Source: Candidatus Nanopelagicales bacterium | GTDB lineage: Bacteria; Actinomycetota; Actinomycetes; S36-B12 | DNA length: 36,308 bases | Reading direction: 5' to 3' | Assembly: GCA_021741845.1 (NCBI GenBank) | Contig: JAIOWY010000002.1 | Coordinates: 1-36,308, forward strand | Shown here: one piece after another, positions 29,915-36,308 of the stretch | How positions within the stretch are numbered: position 1 is the first letter of the stretch | Layout: each line of letters begins with the position of its first letter | Program-made: the position numbers and the translations under genes | The notes under the pieces: generated by a model | The model's database searches: none | Told to the model about the DNA's origin: nothing | What the model saw: only the letters and a program-made list of their open reading frames with translations

Positions 29915-31902
29915 TGGAATCGGGGCAAGAGCAACTGCTGCTCGTTGCAGACCCCGGTAGTGTCAAGCGGCGGGCAGCGCAGGCACGCAGCACGGCAAAG
30001 AAAGTTCTTGCTGCTGCTGCAACGGCTCCGATAGCTCAGGTGCGAGTCGATATACCCGTCGCGCATTTGGATCGAGATTTCGATTACCTGGTTCCAGAGA
30101 GTCTCGACGCAACGGCTCGGGTGGGCGCCAAAGTTCGTGTTCGATTCCGCGGCAAACTCACCGACGCAGTCATCGTGAATCGAGTGGAGTCCTCCGAATA
30201 CGAGCGACTATCTCCCATTGAGCGGGTGATCGGCCCAGCTCTCACGCCCGAGACGCTCGAGCTGGTGATGGCCGTGACCGAGAGATATGCCGGCCTACTC
30301 TGGGACGTGATTCGTGCAGCTGTTCCCACAAAGCACGGGAAAGCGGTCCCTCAGCGTTCGGAAGTGGAGCCGGTCATCACGAATGGCGATCCCCACGCGT
30401 GGGATGCATACGACCATGGTGAATGGTTGGTGAGTCACGTGCGGACCGGTGCACACGTCCGAGGATGTTGGACGTCGGCGCCTGCTTCAGACTGGCGTGG
30501 TGAGATTCGGGAATTGATCAATGCGGCTCTCACCGGGGATTCCACCAGAGGCGTCCTGGTTGTTGTGCCGGACGCTAAAGATGTTGCCGCCCTTGCTGAG
30601 GTGTGCCGGGAATTCAACCCGACTCTCTTATTAGCGGAACGGGGGGCGGCTCAACGCTACTCAGCTTTCGTTGACGTTATTGAAGGCAGAAGTTCTCTAG
30701 TGATCGGCACTCGATCGGCTATTTTCGCGCCGGTGCACAATCTTTCCTTACTCATTGTGTGGGACGACGGCAATGACAATCTCTCTGAACCGCATGCACC
30801 CTATTGGGACGCACGGGAAGTCGCTGCCATGCGCAGCCACGAACATGATTGCTCGTTAATCGTTGGAGGGCACAGTCGTTCTGTTGTTACTCAATCCTGG
30901 TGCGATGCCCAGTGGGCTCGCGAGATCAATCCCAGTGAACCGGCGCGCAAAGCTGTCCAAGGAAGGATCCGCGGCATGTACCCGGAGGATTCCGAGCGGG
31001 ACCCTGCGCGTGCCCGTATTCCGCACAAGGCCTGGCTAGCGGTCAAAGCGGCTGTGGAACACGGGCCCGTGTTGATCCAGGTGGCACGCAAGGGCTACAT
31101 CTCGGCGTTCGTGTGTAAGGAATGTGGTGAGCGGGCCGTGTGTCAGTGCGGTGGCGGAATGACCATTGAGCGATCCGGTGCTGAACGAACCGTCCACTGT
31201 CAACGATGTGGCTCGTCCCAGTGGAGATGCTCCTGCGGTGGACGCGATATCCGCGCACTCTCCATTGGAGCGGAACGAACGGCAGAAGAGATTGGACGAG
31301 CATTCCCCGGAGTCCCTGTGCTCTGGTCGCAATCAGAGAAAATGATTAACTCCGTGGACGGCGGGAGCAGAATTGTTGTCGCAACGCCGGGTGCCGAACC
31401 GATCGCTCACGGTGGATATCGAGCCGTTATTGTCCTCGACGCCACAACGACAGCCATCTCCCTCTTAGCGCAGGAATCGTTAATACGGCGTGTTTTTGGT
31501 GCGGCCGTGCTCGCAGCACCAGGTGCGGAGATCGTGATTGTTGCCCCGGCGGAGGATCGAGTGGTGCAATCTGTCAGTCGGTGGGATGCGCCGTGGGCTG
31601 CTCGACGGGAACTCGCGGAACGAGATCAAGCCCATTTGCCACCACACTTTCGGGTTGCCCAACTCAACGGAACACGGAAAGACATTGATCAGGTCATCTC
31701 AGAGATATCCTCGGTCGCCGAATTATCAACAATGAGAATCCTTGGCCCCGTCGAGGAGTCGGACAAGGTTCGAGCTTTTCTCCTGGTTGCTCGCTCCGAA
31801 GGACGGAGATTGACCCAGGAACTCACGCGTATTACGCGCATACGTTCGGCCGATTCGCACAGCGGGCATGTTCAGATTCGTATCGATCCGAGGGATTTCT
31901 GA
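29914..31902 (+). CDS. priA: Primosomal protein N' (PriA) family protein with degenerate ATPase motifs
   Basis: Conserved position after metK. PriA-like N-terminal domain (VRVDIPVAHLDRDFDYLVP...GAKVRVRFRGK). IGTRSAIFAP block. Eight-Cys zinc region CKEC..CQC..CQRC..CSC. See the findings for the missing Walker A and B motifs. Confidence 0.82.
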   Translation: MESGQEQLLLVADPGSVKRRAAQARSTAKKVLAAAATAPIAQVRVDIPVAHLDRDFDYLVPESLDATARVGAKVRVRFRGKLTDAVIVNRVESSEYERLSPIERVIGPALTPETLELVMAVTERYAGLLWDVIRAAVPTKHGKAVPQRSEVEPVITNGDPHAWDAYDHGEWLVSHVRTGAHVRGCWTSAPASDWRGEIRELINAALTGDSTRGVLVVVPDAKDVAALAEVCREFNPTLLLAERGAAQRYSAFVDVIEGRSSLVIGTRSAIFAPVHNLSLLIVWDDGNDNLSEPHAPYWDAREVAAMRSHEHDCSLIVGGHSRSVVTQSWCDAQWAREINPSEPARKAVQGRIRGMYPEDSERDPARARIPHKAWLAVKAAVEHGPVLIQVARKGYISAFVCKECGERAVCQCGGGMTIERSGAERTVHCQRCGSSQWRCSCGGRDIRALSIGAERTAEEIGRAFPGVPVLWSQSEKMINSVDGGSRIVVATPGAEPIAHGGYRAVIVLDATTTAISLLAQESLIRRVFGAAVLAAPGAEIVIVAPAEDRVVQSVSRWDAPWAARRELAERDQAHLPPHFRVAQLNGTRKDIDQVISEISSVAELSTMRILGPVEESDKVRAFLLVARSEGRRLTQELTRITRIRSADSHSGHVQIRIDPRDF

Positions 31903-31919
31903 TCAGTTCACCCATGACC

Positions 31920-31932
31920 TAGACTCTCGGCA
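31920..31932 (+). promoter_or_regulatory. Candidate -10 hexamer TAGACT positioned for a leaderless def transcript
   Basis: A TANNNT hexamer at 31920-31925 is followed by 6 nt and then ATG 31932. There is no purine-rich SD in the 29-nt gap after priA. Confidence 0.3.
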
Positions 31933-32474
31933 TGACTGTCCAGCCCATTCGGATTTTTGGGGATCCTGTGCTGCGAACTCCAGCCGCCGAAGTGACTACA
32001 TTTGATAAGGAGCTTCGCAAGCTGGTCGCTGATTTGACTGACACCATGATGGAAGCTCCGGGCGTAGGGCTTGCTGCACCGCAACTAGGTGTTTCGCTTC
32101 GTGTCTTCACCTATTGGGTAGATGACGAGCTGGGGCATGTTGTCAACCCCACCCTCGACTTGTCCGAGGAACAGCAGATCGGCGAGGAGGGATGCCTATC
32201 TCTCCCAGGATTGGCTTATGACACCCCGAGAGCACTGTCCGTGGTTGCCAAGGGCTTCAACATGTACGGCGAACCTATTGAATTGGTGGGGTCGGATCTG
32301 ATGGCCCGCTGTGTGCAACATGAAACCGATCACTTAGACGGAATTATTTTCATTGATCGACTTGATCCCGAAGCACGCAAGGCCGCCATGAAGGAAATAC
32401 GTGCCGCGGAGTGGTTTGGTGCCGACACAATTATTAAACCCAGCCCGCACGGCCTATCCTCTCAGTGGCTCTAG
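31932..32474 (+). CDS. def: Peptide deformylase
   Basis: The three metal-site motifs are present: GVGLAAPQ, EGCLSLPG, HETDHLDG. Confidence 0.94.
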   Translation: MTVQPIRIFGDPVLRTPAAEVTTFDKELRKLVADLTDTMMEAPGVGLAAPQLGVSLRVFTYWVDDELGHVVNPTLDLSEEQQIGEEGCLSLPGLAYDTPRALSVVAKGFNMYGEPIELVGSDLMARCVQHETDHLDGIIFIDRLDPEARKAAMKEIRAAEWFGADTIIKPSPHGLSSQWL

Positions 32475-32475
32475 C

Positions 32476-33420
32476 GTGAAATTAGTTTTTGCTGGAACCC
32501 CAGAGGCTGCTTTACCATCCTTGGACTCTTTGGTGCGTTCACATCATGAGGTCGTGGCCGTGCTCACTCAGCCCCCAGCGCCCACAGGGCGCGGACGGGC
32601 GCTAGCACCGAGTGCCGTGCAACGGTACGCGCAGGACGCCGGTATCCCCGTGCTGTCGCCGGTATCTGTTCCCGAAGCGGCCGAGGAATTAGCGGCGTTA
32701 GCTCCCGATTGCATCCCGATCGTTGCCTACGGGCAAATAATTCCCGCGGACATGCTAGGCATTCCTCCCCACGGATGGGTGAATCTCCATTTCTCTTTAC
32801 TCCCGATGTATCGGGGTGCGGCCCCTGTCCAACATGCTCTGTGGTCCGGTGAGCAGATCACCGGTGCGACAACATTTATCTTGGACTCGGGTATGGACAC
32901 CGGCAATATTTTGGGGACGGTAACTGAGGTAATTCGTCCTCGGGATACAGCAGGCGAGCTTCTTGCTCGACTCGCGGATGCAGGCTCTGTACTTCTCACC
33001 CAAAGCCTTGATGCGCTGGGTGCCGGGAAACTACAACCTCAACCTCAGGGCAGTGACGACATCTCCTATGCACCCAAGATCACCAAGACAGATGCACGCA
33101 TTGATTGGACCAAGCCGGCAGGGGACATCGATCGAAGGGTGCGCGCCATGACACCGGTGCCTGGTGCGTGGACCACCTATACCGTCCCGGGTGAGGACCC
33201 GATCCGGCTTGGAGTGGGTCCAGTAACGCTCACATCGGAAGCACCTGTAACGGAAGCACCTATGGTGCCAGGGTCATTGCTCATTGAACGCGCACGAGTA
33301 CTCGTGGGTACCGGATCGCAGCCGGTCCAGTTGGAGGTAGTCACACCACAGGGGCGGCGAAGCATGCTGGCGGCAGACTGGGCGCGAGGACTGACCACAA
33401 CATCAGGTCGTCTGGAATGA
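32476..33420 (+). CDS. fmt: Methionyl-tRNA formyltransferase
   Basis: Motifs KLVFAGTPE and HFSLLPMYRGAAPVQ. I chose GTG 32476, 1 nt after the def stop. The track ORF start at 32401 would overlap def by 74 nt. Confidence 0.92.
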   Translation: MKLVFAGTPEAALPSLDSLVRSHHEVVAVLTQPPAPTGRGRALAPSAVQRYAQDAGIPVLSPVSVPEAAEELAALAPDCIPIVAYGQIIPADMLGIPPHGWVNLHFSLLPMYRGAAPVQHALWSGEQITGATTFILDSGMDTGNILGTVTEVIRPRDTAGELLARLADAGSVLLTQSLDALGAGKLQPQPQGSDDISYAPKITKTDARIDWTKPAGDIDRRVRAMTPVPGAWTTYTVPGEDPIRLGVGPVTLTSEAPVTEAPMVPGSLLIERARVLVGTGSQPVQLEVVTPQGRRSMLAADWARGLTTTSGRLE

Positions 33421-34730
33421 CTACTCACGATCAACCTCGGTTGGCCGCACTGGAGCTACTCCGGCTGGTGCGCGATGACGGCGCATATGCCAACCTCGCA
33501 CTGGCGCAGGTATTACGTAAATTTGCACTGCATGGGCGCGACGCTGCTTTCACAGTGGAATTGGCGTACGGCGTTCTAAGAAATCAAATGCTCTATGACC
33601 ATTACATTCAGGATTGTGCGAATCGTGAAGTGAGCGCAATCGAGCCGGAGGTCCTCGATGTTCTCCGCCTGGGGGTTCATCAAGTGGTGGCCATGCGGGT
33701 GCCAGACCATGCAGCTGTCGATTCGACTGTCCAATTGATCCGAGAAAAATCCTCACCTGGGCAGGCCCAGGCACGTGCGGGTTTTGTGAATGCGATCTTG
33801 CATTGTCTTATCCGCGCACGGGATGCGGGATTACCGGAACCTACGGATCTCAGCCTGCGGTACTCCCATCCACAGTGGATTGTCGATTCCTATCGCGAGG
33901 CGCTCGACTCCCATGGTCGGGATGCTGCTGAGGTAGCTGAGTTAATGACCTCGAATAATGAACCGGCAAAACCGGTCCTTGCCGTTCGTTCTGGTGAATT
34001 GGCAATCGAAGGAACGGTGCCGGGCCAATGGAGTCCGGTGGCGCGGGTCGTTGACTCGGTCATCCCGTCGGATCTGATCGCTGGGAAGTCTCTCGATCTC
34101 ATAGTTCAAGACGAAGGTAGTCAGTTAGTTGCGCAAGCCTTTCTTCTCGCCCAACCGCACGGCCGGGAGGCAGCTTGGCTGGACATGTGTGCGGGACCCG
34201 GTGGCAAAGCTGCACTCATTTCTGATTCTGTGCCTGAGGGTGTGAGTTTTACCGCGGTGGAGTTGCATGAGCACCGGGCAACATTGGTACTCAACATAGT
34301 TCAGCCGGATACTCGAGTGCTGATTGGCGATTCACGCAACCGCCCGTGGGAAAATATCTTCTTTGACCGCGTTCTTGTCGATGCTCCATGCACAGGGTTG
34401 GGCGCACTGCGTCGTCGACCGGAAGCCAGGTGGAGAAAAAGTGAGTCGGACTTGCGCGATCTCAACCCCCTGCAGGAAGAGTTGCTGATGGCTGCCATTG
34501 ATAGCACTCGGAGTGGGGGAGTCATTTGTTATGTCACTTGCTCGCCACATGTCGACGAAACCCAGGGGATACTCGGATCGGTCCTTGAACAGCGTTCAGA
34601 TGTTGCGCTCGAGGATGCTCGCCCACTCTTTCCCGGAGTGAGCGACCTCGGGTCAGGGCCGACAGTTCAATTGTGGCCACATGTTCACGGAACTGACGCC
34701 ATGTTCTTTGCGCTGCTTCGCCGCCGTTAA
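33417..34730 (+). CDS. rsmB: 16S rRNA (cytosine-C5) methyltransferase, RsmB/Sun family
   Basis: NusB-like N-terminal domain. SAM motif DMCAGPGGKA. Catalytic Cys motifs DAPCTGLG and YVTCS. ATGA overlap with fmt. Confidence 0.88.
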   Translation: MTTHDQPRLAALELLRLVRDDGAYANLALAQVLRKFALHGRDAAFTVELAYGVLRNQMLYDHYIQDCANREVSAIEPEVLDVLRLGVHQVVAMRVPDHAAVDSTVQLIREKSSPGQAQARAGFVNAILHCLIRARDAGLPEPTDLSLRYSHPQWIVDSYREALDSHGRDAAEVAELMTSNNEPAKPVLAVRSGELAIEGTVPGQWSPVARVVDSVIPSDLIAGKSLDLIVQDEGSQLVAQAFLLAQPHGREAAWLDMCAGPGGKAALISDSVPEGVSFTAVELHEHRATLVLNIVQPDTRVLIGDSRNRPWENIFFDRVLVDAPCTGLGALRRRPEARWRKSESDLRDLNPLQEELLMAAIDSTRSGGVICYVTCSPHVDETQGILGSVLEQRSDVALEDARPLFPGVSDLGSGPTVQLWPHVHGTDAMFFALLRRR

Positions 34731-34768
34731 GTCACCGTGCCACCCCGACTGAGCAGAGGCGCGGTGGC

Positions 34769-34781
34769 TAGTGTGAGCCTA
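34769..34781 (+). promoter_or_regulatory. Candidate -10 hexamer TAGTGT positioned for a leaderless rpe transcript
   Basis: A TANNNT hexamer at 34769-34774 is followed by 6 nt and then ATG 34781. There is no SD in the 50-nt gap after rsmB. Confidence 0.3.
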
Positions 34782-35425
34782 TGTTGATCTCACCCAGTGT
34801 GCTCAATAGCAACCTCGGTCGACTGAGCGCTGAAATCTCACTCGTTGACGGTGTAGCCGACATGATTCATCTTGATGTCATGGACAATCATTTTGTTCCG
34901 AATCTCACTTTTGGTTTACCGGTGGTCCGCAGTGTAATTGAGCAAACCTCATTACGTGCTGATGTTCATTTAATGATCGATGACCCTGATAGGTGGGCGC
35001 CAGGGTATGCAGAAGCGGGTGCATTTTCTGTGACATTTCACATTGAGGCCGCTCGCGAGCCAGTTTCCTTGGCGCAGAACATCCGCTCTGCTGGTGCACG
35101 CGCCGCGGTAGCGCTCAAGCCGGGCACGGATATTGATGCCATCGCGGGTGTGGTTCCGTTCGTTGACATGATTCTCATCATGACGGTCGAACCCGGATTT
35201 GGCGGTCAAGCCTTCATGCGGGACATGCTTCCCAAGGTGCGCAGGGCGCGTGAATTAACCGGTGCGGACATGTGGATTGAAGTGGACGGTGGCGTGAGTG
35301 CCGACACCATTGTGGAATGTCGCGACGCAGGTGCAAATGTTTTTGTTGCCGGGTCCAGTGTGTATGGCTCGATTGACCCAGCAGCGGAAGTGATGCGTCT
35401 TTCTCAGTTAGTGCATGAGGGGTAA
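34781..35425 (+). CDS. rpe: Ribulose-phosphate 3-epimerase
   Basis: Motifs [36 protein letters not shown]. Confidence 0.94.
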   Translation: MLISPSVLNSNLGRLSAEISLVDGVADMIHLDVMDNHFVPNLTFGLPVVRSVIEQTSLRADVHLMIDDPDRWAPGYAEAGAFSVTFHIEAAREPVSLAQNIRSAGARAAVALKPGTDIDAIAGVVPFVDMILIMTVEPGFGGQAFMRDMLPKVRRARELTGADMWIEVDGGVSADTIVECRDAGANVFVAGSSVYGSIDPAAEVMRLSQLVHEG

Positions 35426-36308
35426 TGTCATCTGATTCGATGGGCTATATGGAGCGAGCACTTGAGCTCGCCCTCCAGGGACCGATCTCCGACAACCCAC
35501 GTGTTGGTGCCGTCATTGTCCGAGACGGGGTGATTGTCGGCGAGGGGTTTCATCACGGTGCGGGAACTCCCCACGCGGAGGTTATGGCCATTACGCAAGC
35601 TGGACCATTGGCGCTCGGTGGGCATATTTATGTCACGTTGGAGCCTTGTTGCCATCATGGGAGGACAGGACCGTGTACGGCAGCGATCCTCGATGCCGGG
35701 TTGACTTCTGTCACATATGCCCAAGCCGATCCCACGGAGGAAGCCGGGGGTGGGGGCACACACCTCATGGATTCTGGTGTCGCTGTTGTGGGCGGAGTAT
35801 TAAGTGACCGCGCCCACCACGTGAACCGTGTTTGGACTCATTGGGTCACCACGGGAAAGCCCTGGGTGACATGGAAGTTTGCCCAAACCCTTGATGCACG
35901 GGTGGCTGCAGCGGTGGGTGAGCGAACTCAGATCAGCGGTCCGACCTCCCATCAATCGACTCACCAATTGCGCGCCGACGTTGACGCGATCGTGGTGGGC
36001 ATGAACACGATTCGAATTGATGATCCGGTACTCACCGCTCGCGATCAAGCAGGTGCCTTGCGGGAGCGTCAGCCGGTGCGGGTTGTTGTGGGAAATTCAG
36101 AGATTCCCTCAGATGCTCAGGTACTCACGTCGCCGGGTGGTGAGTTGGTGCACTACCGAAAAGCTGAGGCGAATGAAATTCTGGCTGATTTAGCCGGTCG
36201 GGGTGTGCGCCATGTGCTACTCGAGGGAGGCCCCACTTGGGCGCGGGCATTCCTCACGCAGCATGCGGTCAACGAAGTCATGACAGTTATTCCCCCCCGC
36301 ACGTTCGG
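35425..36308 (+). CDS. ribD: Bifunctional riboflavin-biosynthesis deaminase/reductase (3' end lies outside the window)
   Basis: This gene is not in the supplied ORF track. My manual translation from ATG 35425 (TAATG overlap with the rpe stop) is open to the window end. It reads [16 protein letters not shown]..., contains the deaminase zinc motifs HAEV and LEPCCHHGRTGPC, and has reductase-domain-like segments KPWVTWKFAQTLD and LLEGGPT. Confidence 0.88.
   Translation, partial: MSSDSMGYMERALELALQGPISDNPRVGAVIVRDGVIVGEGFHHGAGTPHAEVMAITQAGPLALGGHIYVTLEPCCHHGRTGPCTAAILDAGLTSVTYAQADPTEEAGGGGTHLMDSGVAVVGGVLSDRAHHVNRVWTHWVTTGKPWVTWKFAQTLDARVAAAVGERTQISGPTSHQSTHQLRADVDAIVVGMNTIRIDDPVLTARDQAGALRERQPVRVVVGNSEIPSDAQVLTSPGGELVHYRKAEANEILADLAGRGVRHVLLEGGPTWARAFLTQHAVNEVMTVIPPRTF

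Noticed and set aside
32401-32475. N-terminal extension of the fmt ORF that overlaps def by 74 nt.
   Set aside because: The conserved Fmt N-terminus (KLVFAGTPE) starts at GTG 32476, right after the def stop. The extension lies out of frame over conserved def coding sequence.
35428-36048. Two minus-strand ORFs (111 and 82 aa) are the only track entries at the window end.
   Set aside because: The + strand frame here encodes RibD with clear zinc-deaminase motifs. The minus ORFs are antisense shadows.
36292-36298. C7 homopolymer near the ribD 3' region, where the translation (VMTVIPPRTF) looks somewhat unlike the usual RibD C-terminal block. Considered as a possible frameshift or phase-variable tract.
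   Set aside because: The frame stays open, the window ends 10 nt later, and the divergence is mild. It cannot be evaluated without downstream sequence.
1-36308. Looked for mobile elements, integrases/transposases, phage genes, CRISPR repeats, toxin-antitoxin or defence-type gene clusters, tRNA/rRNA genes and compositional islands.
   Set aside because: Recognisable housekeeping CDS tile the whole + strand. No repeat arrays, inverted terminal repeats or foreign-looking genes were seen. There is no non-coding gap longer than about 114 nt in which an RNA gene could sit.

Overview
This window is a densely packed, fully co-directional block of core housekeeping genes from an actinobacterial-type chromosome. 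GC looks moderately high by eye, and the gene order matches the conserved Mycobacterium/Streptomyces synteny. I support 33 CDS, all on the + strand. They are: (1) the distal trp cluster: trpE 3' end, two small membrane proteins, an OmpR-type response regulator, a histidine kinase, a DUF2752 membrane protein, then trpC-trpB-trpA; (2) a DsbA-like oxidoreductase and lgt; (3) gltB-gltD; (4) pyk; (5) a long, nearly gapless pyrimidine/central-function array: pyrR-pyrB-pyrC-membrane ORF-carA-carB-pyrK-pyrD-pyrF-gmk-rpoZ-coaBC-metK-priA; (6) def-fmt-rsmB; (7) rpe-ribD. ribD runs off the 3' edge and is missing from the supplied ORF track. The only non-coding element I can support well is a PyrR-binding RNA hairpin that overlaps the pyrR ribosome-binding site. 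I found no tRNA/rRNA genes, CRISPR array, transposase/integrase, phage genes, defence-type genes or compositional island. All minus-strand ORFs in the track look like shadow ORFs of + strand genes. My honest assessment is that this is an ordinary core region, not an accessory island, and I see no convincing new multi-gene system. Five items deserve a second look: the two-component system and small membrane proteins embedded in the trp operon; the uncharacterised membrane protein translationally coupled inside the pyr operon; a PriA homologue whose helicase ATPase motifs look degenerate; the PyrR translational-control hairpin; and two or three possible leaderless promoters.
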